Assembly: GCA_047947115.1 (NCBI GenBank)
Contig: CP170459.1
Location: 5,376,001 to 5,440,000 of the forward strand
Reading direction: 5' to 3'
Source of the DNA: Verrucomicrobiota bacterium
GTDB taxonomy: Bacteria > Verrucomicrobiota > Verrucomicrobiia > Limisphaerales > AAA164-E04
Length of the DNA: 64,000 nucleotides
Shown: piece after piece, positions 1-9,185 of the stretch
Layout: the number at the start of each line of letters is the position of its first letter
How positions within the stretch are numbered: position 1 is the first letter of the stretch
Translations under genes and position numbers: made by a program
The notes under the pieces: generated by a model
Seen by the model: only the letters and a program-made list of their open reading frames with translations
What the model was told of the DNA's origin: nothing
Databases searched by the model: none

Positions 1-686
1 GCCCCACAATAAACCACCTTCCAACCATAGTTCGAAGCCAACGAAGCGACCAGAACGGCCCCCAACTCGTGCAATTGGCCTGGAGGGGTCCCCACTACCA
101 GGCGTGGCGCGGATTCTGAAACCAAAAAAGAACGAGACGCCGACATGACGAAATTTTTCAGAAAAGCAGTTGCAGCATGTTCATGTGCAACGGTTAAACG
201 CCCCTTTTCCCAAGCCTCCCCCATGGCGTGACTCAGGGGTGCGATCACTTTGCACAGCACCCCCTGATGCCCCAGGCGCACCATCGCTTCCTTCAATGCT
301 CGTTCCATTTCATCGGACTGAAACGTTTGAATGCAACGAAGCAGATGATCCACCAGGCCACCAGAAGCCGAATCAGTCTGCCACCCCCCTGCCTGTGCCG
401 ATGATGTTGATTGATCGGCCCGCAAGTTGTCAGGATGACTATCTTCAATCAATTTCTCCAACTGCTGAACATCCATGGAAGCAATCTGTGCGATGCGGCA
501 TCCCATATCCGTGGCCTGTTTAAGAAGCTTCAATCGATAAATATCATCTTCGGAGTATAGGCGACGATTGGTCTCGGTTCGTTGAGGGACTATGCATTGG
601 TAACGCCTTTCCCAAATCCGAATCACATAAGGAGTGAGACCACTTCGCTTCGCTACAATGTTTATTGTGTGCAATACGTTAGACAT
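1..686 (-). CDS. CarH/LitR-like MerR-family B12-binding transcriptional regulator (3' end runs off the window)
   Basis: Not in the ORF track; translated by hand from ATG at 686. MSNVLHTINIVAKRSGLTPYVIRIWERRYQCIVPQRTETNRRLYS is a MerR HTH with RxWERRY. GEAWEKGRLTVAHEH is the W-x9-EH motif. VVGTPPGQLHELG...GWKVVYCG is a B12 Rossmann domain with a Q-x-H-x-x-G variant. The frame is open to position 1. Confidence 0.9.
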   Translation of the reverse strand, partial: MSNVLHTINIVAKRSGLTPYVIRIWERRYQCIVPQRTETNRRLYSEDDIYRLKLLKQATDMGCRIAQIASMDVQQLEKLIEDSHPDNLRADQSTSSAQAGGWQTDSASGGLVDHLLRCIQTFQSDEMERALKEAMVRLGHQGVLCKVIAPLSHAMGEAWEKGRLTVAHEHAATAFLKNFVMSASRSFLVSESAPRLVVGTPPGQLHELGAVLVASLASNYGWKVVYCG

Positions 687-778
687 AATTAAATTTGAAT
701 CCACACCTCAAGGAATGGCTCTTCTAAGCAGTATGCAAAGAGAACTTCTGAGGATTTTAACTTCCATTTCCAGAAGCC

Positions 779-841
779 TAGACCAGAAATAGACAGTTGA
801 CAAATGAAAATATTAGTCATATTTAATACGTAACTTATACA
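779..841 (+). promoter_or_regulatory. Putative sigma70 promoter for the sigma-factor gene, with candidate CarH operator repeats
   Basis: Perfect TTGACA at 797-802 followed by an AT-rich -10 region (TATTTA 820-825 or TTTAAT 822-827). TnnACA-like hexamers are spaced 11 bp apart: TAGACC 779/TAGACA 790, and TAGTCA 814/AATACG 825/TATACA 836. Confidence 0.45.
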
Positions 842-994
842 AAACAGGCCATATTTTGCTCCAGGTTAACCCAATATTGGCTTCAGGCAAAATAATTGAG
901 TCTTTCTAAAAGAAAAATTGAAACAAATGATATCTGACATGCGTCTAAATAATTGTAACCGGCTTCTGCTGGATCAGGAGAAAGTGAGGACCCG

Positions 995-2050
995 ATGAAT
1001 AAGACAAAAAGCCAAAAAGCGAAAGACAAAACTACCAAAACGCTCAACAAACCTGCCAGGGCAACAAAGGCAAAATCACGATCCAATCAACGCGAGTGGC
1101 AATCGGTCTCAAATAAGAAAACCACGAAGAATATTATGGTCCGCAGAGACATAAACGTCTCGCAGGAAAAATCTACCGATCTGCAGCCCACCCGTTCACC
1201 ATTTGCACTTTACCTGCGTGAAATCGCCGAAGAAAACCTGTTAACACCGCAGGACGAAGTCGTTTTGGCCGGAAAAATCAAGTCTGGTGACAAAGCAGCC
1301 CGTGAGCGCATGATTCGGGCGAACCTGCGACTGGTCGTAAAAATAGCAAGGGATTATGAAGGATTTGGACTGCCATTGCTGGATCTGATCAATGAGGGAA
1401 ACATAGGCCTCATGAAAGCGGTCGACAAATTTGACCCAACCAAAGGGGCCAAGTTTTCCACATACAGCTCATGGTGGATCAAGCAGGCCATCAAACGCAG
1501 CCTGAGTAATCAATCGAAAACCATCCGGCTCCCTATTCATTTGGTGGAGAAAATCGCCAAGTTGCGCAACGTGACCAATCGATTGCACGACGCGCTGGGC
1601 AGGGAACCCACCGAAGAAGAGATTGCGCGAGAACTGGAAGTTGCGCCCAGCCGTGTGGCATTGATGCGACGAGCTTCCGCCCGCCCACTTTCGCTGGACG
1701 ACACAGTGGGAGATGACGATTCAACACGCCTGGAAGAACGTGTGGCTGATGAAAACGCGGAACATCCTTATGAAGAACTGGAACTCCAGACTTCGCTGAA
1801 TCTGCTGACCCAACTGCTCTCCAAGCTGAACCCCAGGGAATCCAGGATTCTTCGTTACAGGTTTGGGCTGGACGGAGAACGTGAACGCACGCTTGAGGAA
1901 GTAGGCCAGGAGTTCGGCGTCACCCGCGAACGCATCCGTCAACTCCAGAATATTGCGCTGAACCGTCTGAAACGCATGATGGAAAAGCAGAACGCTCCCG
2001 TCATCTTTCCGCTTCAAAAAGATCCTGTTCTGGAACAAGTTTCCGCTTAA
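995..2050 (+). CDS. RpoD/SigA-family sigma factor paralogue lacking region 1.1 (group 2/RpoS-like architecture)
   Basis: Region 1.2 LYLREI; region 2 ANLRLVVKIARDY...DLINEGNIGLMKAVDKFDP...FSTYSSWWIKQAI; region 4 TLEEVGQEFGVTRERIRQLQ. The N-terminus is Lys-rich rather than an acidic region 1.1. Start is uncertain. Confidence 0.92.
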   Translation: MNKTKSQKAKDKTTKTLNKPARATKAKSRSNQREWQSVSNKKTTKNIMVRRDINVSQEKSTDLQPTRSPFALYLREIAEENLLTPQDEVVLAGKIKSGDKAARERMIRANLRLVVKIARDYEGFGLPLLDLINEGNIGLMKAVDKFDPTKGAKFSTYSSWWIKQAIKRSLSNQSKTIRLPIHLVEKIAKLRNVTNRLHDALGREPTEEEIARELEVAPSRVALMRRASARPLSLDDTVGDDDSTRLEERVADENAEHPYEELELQTSLNLLTQLLSKLNPRESRILRYRFGLDGERERTLEEVGQEFGVTRERIRQLQNIALNRLKRMMEKQNAPVIFPLQKDPVLEQVSA

Positions 2051-2094
2051 CTCATTGGAATGACTGGATAACCCAGCTTGGAACAAATCACATG

Positions 2095-2130
2095 AAGGCG
2101 CCCTTGTTTTGGAAGGGCGCCTTTTTCTTT
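2095..2130 (+). terminator. Intrinsic terminator of the sigma gene
   Basis: AAGGCGCCCTT (2095-2105) / AAGGGCGCCTT (2113-2123) is a perfect 11-bp inverted repeat followed by a T-rich tract. Confidence 0.85.
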
Positions 2131-2167
2131 GGGATCATAGGTGCTGACAATTGAAAGAATCCACGTC

Positions 2168-2196
2168 TTGACGTCACTCCAGATTAACTTTAGTTT
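2168..2196 (+). promoter_or_regulatory. Putative sigma70 promoter upstream of accB
   Basis: TTGACG (2168-2173), 17-nt spacer, TAGTTT (2191-2196). Confidence 0.5.
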
Positions 2197-2223
2197 ATGG
2201 GCTGAAATGCGAACGGCTAAAGG

Positions 2224-2254
2224 AGCAGTAACACCGAATGGTTGCTGCTTTTTT
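2224..2254 (+). terminator. Terminator-like hairpin in the accB leader
   Basis: AGCAGTAAC (2224-2232) pairs with GTTGCTGCT (2241-2249) with one G-U, followed by a T run to 2254. Confidence 0.5.
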
Positions 2255-2317
2255 CATATGAGACGGTTACGTCCGTCCAGGCTAGTTTCCAAGTGACTTT
2301 TTAACCAGGAGTCCGTT

Positions 2318-2809
2318 GTGGATTTAAAGGATATCAAAGCAATAGTCGACATAATGAAAAAGAATTCCATATCGGAATTCGAACTGGAAAAAGATGATTT
2401 TAAAATCAAGCTAAGGCGTGGATTGAATTCGCCGGGCTCCAGCGAGGACGTTCCTTACTATTTGACGCCCCCCGTCCCACAGATGCTCCCAGCTTCAGCA
2501 CCCCAGCCGGCTCCTGGGGTTCACGCGACGGCAGCGCCCCCCTCTGAGCCTCAGCAAAAATCATCCACTGATCTGGACATTACATCCCCCATGATCGGAA
2601 CATTTTACGCCTCGGCCTCTCCGGATTCACCCGCTTATGTCGAAATTGGCACGCGTGTCACGCCCGATACGGTCGTTTGCATCGTGGAGGCCATGAAGGT
2701 CATGAACGAAATCAAGGCAGAAAAGAGTGGGGTCATCACCGAGATTCTCGTCGATAACGCCAAGCCGGTCGAATTTGGACAGCCGCTTTTCAAGATAAAA
2801 CCCAATTGA
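2318..2809 (+). CDS. accB: Acetyl-CoA carboxylase biotin carboxyl carrier protein
   Basis: EAMKVMNEI biotinylation motif, Pro/Ala linker, ITSPMIGTFY; adjacent to accC. Confidence 0.96.
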   Translation: MDLKDIKAIVDIMKKNSISEFELEKDDFKIKLRRGLNSPGSSEDVPYYLTPPVPQMLPASAPQPAPGVHATAAPPSEPQQKSSTDLDITSPMIGTFYASASPDSPAYVEIGTRVTPDTVVCIVEAMKVMNEIKAEKSGVITEILVDNAKPVEFGQPLFKIKPN

Positions 2810-2893
2810 CAAAGCATCCCGTTCCGAGCCGATACTTGACTGGCCGATTCGTGGAAAGTGAAATGAACGGACGAACGATTTGTCTTATTAGAT

Positions 2894-4279
<1,386 letters not shown>

Positions 4280-4330
4280 TTTTCGTGTCCTTTTTCCGAT
4301 CCTCATTCCTGGTGGCATCCGATCATTGAT

Positions 4331-4987
4331 GTGTTGAAACCCCTCGATCAATGTCATTTGTACGCCTTCATCGACGAAGCGTACCGTGGCCCGCGTTCTT
4401 ACAAGGACCTGGCCAAATCTCTTTGTGATGGCGGAGCGGATATCATTCAATTGCGCATGAAAGATGCCAAACCCGAGAGAATTCTCGCAGCGGCCGAATG
4501 TATCCACCCCATCACCGAATCAGCAGGCGTACACTTGATCATCAACGACCACCTGGATATCGCCCGCCGGATGCCCCACCCTTTTGTCCACATGGGACAA
4601 GAGGATTTTTTTGATGAAGGATACACCAAGGCATCGGAACTGCATTCGGCAAAATCCACAAAGCAGCTTTGCATCGGCCTCAGCACACATGCCCCGTCAC
4701 AAGCAGAAAGAGCCATCGAAGCCGGTGCAGACTACGTGGCCATCGGACCGGTGTTCGCAACTCCCACCAAACCAACAGCCACACCGGTCACTCTGGAATA
4801 CGTCCGATGGGCAGCGGAAAACATTCGCATACCGTGGTTTGCCATAGGCGGCATCCATGCTGGCAACGTGGACCAAATCCTTGAGGCGGGAGCACGCAAC
4901 ATTTGCGTGGTGTCCGATATTTTGAAGGCATCCGATACACAAAAAGCCTGCACATTTTTCAAATCCAAACTGCAGTCTGCTTCCTGA
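4331..4987 (+). CDS. thiE: Thiamine-phosphate synthase
   Basis: IIQLRMK, LIINDH, VHMGQED, GLSTH, GADYVAIGPVFATPTK, AIGGI. Confidence 0.92.
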   Translation: MLKPLDQCHLYAFIDEAYRGPRSYKDLAKSLCDGGADIIQLRMKDAKPERILAAAECIHPITESAGVHLIINDHLDIARRMPHPFVHMGQEDFFDEGYTKASELHSAKSTKQLCIGLSTHAPSQAERAIEAGADYVAIGPVFATPTKPTATPVTLEYVRWAAENIRIPWFAIGGIHAGNVDQILEAGARNICVVSDILKASDTQKACTFFKSKLQSAS

Positions 4988-5140
4988 TTTTCCGCTGACA
5001 ACACGGCCTGACAAATTCTCAAGCCAACCACTCAAACCGATTCCGTTTTGAAACCACAGTTTTTTTGAAGTTGACGCAGGTGGATTCAAAATCCGGGCAC
5101 CAAGGTCATTTAAATTATACAACCAGATAGGGTTCCCACA

Positions 5141-6625
5141 TCACCGACGTTCCAAAGGTTCAGGATGATTCGCCAGAATCAACTTCAATTGAGCCAACAA
5201 TTCGGGACGCGAGGCGGCAAGATTCCTCGTTTCTCCTGGGTCTTCCTGATAGTCATAAACCTCAAAAACGGCCTCCTCCTGATCCGCACCCGGACGTTTC
5301 CATTCAACCAATCGATACCGATCGGTCCGGATCGCTCGCCCCATTCGGGGCCCACGCGGGTAGGCATGATAAGCGTGATCCCGGACCGAGGCTTCGGAGT
5401 TTTTCAGAACGGGCACCAGGCTTGTCCCATCAATCGGTTGCGGACCTTGAGGTCTGGGCAGGCCTGCCAGATCAGCCAACGTCGGAAAAATATCCACCGT
5501 CTCGGCAAGTTGGCGGGTCACGCTGCCTGGTTCGGTCATACCTGGAACACGAAAAATAATCGGGATCCGATTCGCCTGTTCATAATTCGTGTGCTTGGTC
5601 CAGTAACCATGATCCCCCAGATGCCAGCCATGATCCCCCCACAACACCACCATGGTATTATCCGAAAAACCATATCGATCCAAAGCATCCAATACCTTAC
5701 CGATCTGAGCGTCCGCAAAGCTGGCAGCCGCATAATACCCATGAAGCAACTGCCGTTGCACGGCGGTTTCTTTCAGATTAGCCACGGTCAAGGGCGCATA
5801 ATTAACAATCTCCCCACCTCGTTTACCGGCAAAACCGGGGGCGGCTTCCGGATCGTTCTGATCGCTGGCCAAAGGAAAAGCGTTGGGATCATGCATGTCC
5901 CAATACTTTTTTGGAGCAGTAAACGGCAGGTGTGGCTTGACAAAACCCGCCATAATAAAGAACGGCTTTTCCGGTTCATTCTGATGAAATTGTAGACGCT
6001 CAATCACCTTTTTAGCGATTCGTCCATCTGCATAACCATCGTCATCGACATCAGCGTTTTCCCATGCATAGCCCTTGGGTAGCGAACCGATTCGATCCAG
6101 TTTTTGATTGGTAAAGTAAGCTTCCTCGCGGGTCAGTTGCCCTCCTTCTGTGCTTTCTGGAAGCAAATACTCGACCACTTTATCCAGATAAGCCGGCACA
6201 TCCCACGAATGAGGATCATCATGATTTCCATGTCCAGTATGAAGCACTTTCCCGAAAGACGCCGATTTCCACCCGTTTTTGCTGAAATACTGAGGCATGG
6301 TGACGGCATTGGGCAACACATCGCGAAAATGACGTCCCAATCCGTAGATACCGATCGAAGTCGACCGGCTCCCCAACAGCAGGTTGTTTCGTGAAGGAGC
6401 ACAAACGGACTGATTACAATAAGCCATCTCAAACCGCATGCCACTGGCCGCCAATCGGTCAATATTCGGAGTTTTGGCCAAAGGATCGCCATAGCACCCC
6501 AAGTTCGGTTTCAAATCATCCACCAGGATGATCAGTACATTCGACTGACCTATCGTTCTACCATCACTCAATACATTCACCAAGAAGCAGATGAGAAGCA
6601 TCAACTTAATTCTATTCACATTCAT
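5141..6625 (-). CDS. Formylglycine-dependent sulfatase (iduronate-2-sulfatase-like), secreted
   Basis: Signal peptide, NVLIILVDDL, CAPSR (CxPxR), GKVLH, KPHLPF, WGDHGWHLGDHG. Confidence 0.92.
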   Translation of the reverse strand: MNVNRIKLMLLICFLVNVLSDGRTIGQSNVLIILVDDLKPNLGCYGDPLAKTPNIDRLAASGMRFEMAYCNQSVCAPSRNNLLLGSRSTSIGIYGLGRHFRDVLPNAVTMPQYFSKNGWKSASFGKVLHTGHGNHDDPHSWDVPAYLDKVVEYLLPESTEGGQLTREEAYFTNQKLDRIGSLPKGYAWENADVDDDGYADGRIAKKVIERLQFHQNEPEKPFFIMAGFVKPHLPFTAPKKYWDMHDPNAFPLASDQNDPEAAPGFAGKRGGEIVNYAPLTVANLKETAVQRQLLHGYYAAASFADAQIGKVLDALDRYGFSDNTMVVLWGDHGWHLGDHGYWTKHTNYEQANRIPIIFRVPGMTEPGSVTRQLAETVDIFPTLADLAGLPRPQGPQPIDGTSLVPVLKNSEASVRDHAYHAYPRGPRMGRAIRTDRYRLVEWKRPGADQEEAVFEVYDYQEDPGETRNLAASRPELLAQLKLILANHPEPLERR

Positions 6626-6886
6626 GGAGCCGCAGCCTAACCCATGTTGAATAATGAATCCAAGCGATTCCCTGGCTGAGAAACATCACAAGTAATTCAC
6701 CTACCGTGCGGAAAGAGAGAACTAACTTTCCATAAAGCACCTACAATGACATTGCGATGACCAATTCAAAGGCAAGCATGAAACTACGGCCTGGGTCCAA
6801 AGTGGTGAATGGTAACATCCACGACCTGACCAACGTATCGAAGTGGTAACGAGGGGATCATCCTAAAGAAAACACAAAGCCATACC

Positions 6887-7340
6887 ATGAAATGGAGCAT
6901 TAGTAAAAAGATCACCGCAGGATTTGGAGTGTGCTGCGCACTGATTGTTGTAAATCACTAGTGTAGCCAAAAGAAATTCGGACTCAACCGAGCAAGCCAA
7001 TGCTTAGGCAAAAGAAACCCGTCAGCCCGCGGAAGCAGGATGCAAAGACATGGCCGACCTCAAGACCGACATCGAAGAAATCAGAACGCCCAGTGCAGAG
7101 GCCGAAGAGATTGTCAAAGACATTGATGAGATCGCTTTCCAAGAGAAGATCCTGGCATTGAACGCCGCCGTTGAAGTGGCGCGTGCCGGTGAGGCGGGCG
7201 TTGGTTTTCCAGTGGTTGCCGATGAATGACGGGGACTGGCCCAACGCTGCGCCGAATCCTCCAAGCAAACCTCAGAAAGCATCGCAACTGACATCATCCG
7301 AAGCAAACGAGGTGTCGAAATCGGCAAACGTATGACTTCC
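6887..7340 (+). pseudogene. Collapsed methyl-accepting chemotaxis protein remnant
   Basis: N-terminus MKWSISKKITAGFGVCCALIVV (TM1-like) at 6887. In another frame follows the MCP signalling hairpin [54 protein letters not shown], with an in-frame TGA at 7227-7229. Sensor and HAMP segments are missing. Confidence 0.85.
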
Positions 7341-7415
7341 GTATTCACCAACAACACAGACCTCAACCAACATTTTGAGCTTCCGTTTTTCGATGTTCGG
7401 GATCATCATAGTTTC

Positions 7416-8735
7416 ATGCATTCCCGAACCAAAGTAACACGTCGGTCCTTTTTGAAGCAGTCTTCACTGGCTGTGGGCGCCAGCGCCTCAGCCCTGCATT
7501 TCCCATGGATTGCCAAAGCACAGTCTCCGAACGACAAACTCCAGATCGCCGCCATCGGCACCGGGGGACGCGCTGCCGCCAACGTAGCGGGTGCTTCTCA
7601 CGAAGCCATCGTTGCCATGGCTGATGTGGATTCCAACACGCTGGATGCCGCCGCAAAGAAACTTCCCGACGCACGCAAATACCGTGACTTCCGCGTCATG
7701 CTGGAAAGGGAAGCGGACAAAATTGATGCTGTGCTGGTAGGCACACCGGATCACACCCACGCTCCGGCCGCCGCCATGGCACTTCGCATGGGCAAACACG
7801 TCTACTGCGAAAAACCCCTCACCCACACCGTTCATGAAGCGCGCGTACTGACCGATCTGGCCAAACAAAAACAACTCGTCACCCAGATGGGCACGCAGAT
7901 TCATGCAGGAAATAATTATCGTCGTGTCGTGGAGTTGATCCAGTCCGGCGCCATCGGCAAAGTGGAACGCGTGCATGTGTGGGTCAGCATCGGACATTCC
8001 TACTCAGACGGACATTTCACCACCAACACGCAGGCGCCAGCAAACCTTGACTGGGACCTGTGGCTCGGCCCCGCCCCCGAACGTCCCTTCACCGAAGGAG
8101 TGCACCCCTTCAACTGGCGCCGGTTCTGGGATTATGGCAACGGTCGCTTGGGTGATTTCGGGTGTCACTACATGGATCTCGCCCACTGGGCGCTGGACCT
8201 ACGCCAGCCAACACACATTGAATCCAAAGGTCCCGAAGTGGATTTGGTCAGCACCCCGCCCTGGCTCGAAGTCGATTACAAGCACCCGACTCGAAACGGA
8301 CGTGGTCCCGTGCACCTGACCTGGTATGGCAACCGCAAGCCGGACATTGCCAAAACCCTGAAAGACGCGGAAGGAAATCCGATCAACTTTGGAAGCGCTG
8401 TATTGTTCATCGGTGAAAAGGGAATGGTCATTTCCGACTATGGAAAGCACCTGTTACTGCCCGAGGAAACATATCGTGATTTCAAACGTCCGGACGAATT
8501 CATACCAAACTCCATCGGACATCACAAAGAATGGACTGAAGCCATCCGCAACGGCGGCAAAACCACCTGTAATTTTGAGTATAGCGGCGCCCTGACAGAA
8601 GCAGTGCTTCTGGGATCCGTATCCTACCGAAGCGGTGAAGCTATCGAATACATCGTTGAATCCGCCAACACACGCACCCCGGGCAAAGCGCGCGACATGC
8701 TGCACAAGGAATACCGCAAAGGCTGGTATCTCTAA
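7416..8735 (+). CDS. Gfo/Idh/MocA-family oxidoreductase with Tat signal
   Basis: TRRSFLK twin-arginine motif, IGTGGRA, GTPDHTHA, GKHVYCEKPLT, DWDLWLGPAP, GDFGCHYMD. Start moved to ATG 7416 because the upstream in-frame part belongs to the MCP remnant. Confidence 0.9.
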   Translation: MHSRTKVTRRSFLKQSSLAVGASASALHFPWIAKAQSPNDKLQIAAIGTGGRAAANVAGASHEAIVAMADVDSNTLDAAAKKLPDARKYRDFRVMLEREADKIDAVLVGTPDHTHAPAAAMALRMGKHVYCEKPLTHTVHEARVLTDLAKQKQLVTQMGTQIHAGNNYRRVVELIQSGAIGKVERVHVWVSIGHSYSDGHFTTNTQAPANLDWDLWLGPAPERPFTEGVHPFNWRRFWDYGNGRLGDFGCHYMDLAHWALDLRQPTHIESKGPEVDLVSTPPWLEVDYKHPTRNGRGPVHLTWYGNRKPDIAKTLKDAEGNPINFGSAVLFIGEKGMVISDYGKHLLLPEETYRDFKRPDEFIPNSIGHHKEWTEAIRNGGKTTCNFEYSGALTEAVLLGSVSYRSGEAIEYIVESANTRTPGKARDMLHKEYRKGWYL

Positions 8736-8747
8736 CATGCCACCCCT

Positions 8748-9125
8748 GTAGGGATTCCGACTTTATCGGGACCGCACCGGTAGGGACGCGCTGCAGCGTG
8801 TCCGTCAGCGTGCCCGAACCACGTCACTGGCGCTCCCTCAACCACAACGCGCTCACGGCTCCGCGGCAGCGGAGCCCTACCACCCAAGGCGCCCTGCACC
8901 GGTAGGGACGCGCTGCCGCGCGTCCGCCAACGTGCCCGCACCACGCCACTGGCACTCCCTCAACCACAATGCGCTCACGGCTCCGTGGCAGCGGAGCCCT
9001 ACCACCCAAGGCGCCCTGCGACGGTAGGGACGCGCTGCCGCGCGTCCGCCAACGTGCCCGCACCACGCCGCTGGCATTCCCTCAACCACAACGCGCTCAC
9101 GGCTCCGCGGCAGCGGAGCCCTACC
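8748..9125. repeat. GTAG-family REP/REPIN (BIME-like) tandem array: 3 x 122-bp units plus one partial REP
   Basis: Units start GGTAGGGACGCGCTGC.GCG.GTCCG at 8779, 8901 and 9023. They end with the inverted REP CGGCTCCG.GGCAGCGGAGCCCTACC at 8881, 9003 and 9125. A variant GTAGGGATTCCGACTTTATCGGGAC starts at 8748. Confidence 0.92.
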
Positions 9126-9185
9126 AGCCCCCCCCAGATCAACGCTTGGCACATGGCTGGCATCATGGCAGGATGGGGCCACAAA

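Noticed and set aside
995..2050. Calling this gene rpoD or rpoS
   Set aside because: It lacks region 1.1 and PVC genomes often hold several such paralogues; orthology cannot be decided from this window.
5165..5995. Long antisense or alternate-frame ORFs (e.g. 5165-5995, 55417-56394, 59924-60754, 61646-62314)
   Set aside because: They shadow well-supported genes and show no protein motifs.
6765..6860. Possible c-di-GMP-I riboswitch upstream of the MCP remnant (AAAGGCAAG...AAACTACGGCCT)
   Set aside because: Only scattered similarity; the GNRA-capped P2 and GACGCAAA core cannot be built.
7227..7229. Second possible selenocysteine UGA (MCP remnant); also the TGA at 25361
   Set aside because: Neither is at an evident Cys/redox position, and both lie in frameshifted, deleted remnants.
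8779..9125. CRISPR array
   Set aside because: Whole 122-bp units are near-identical with no unique spacers and no cas genes; the GTAG hairpins match the RAYT-flanking REPs.
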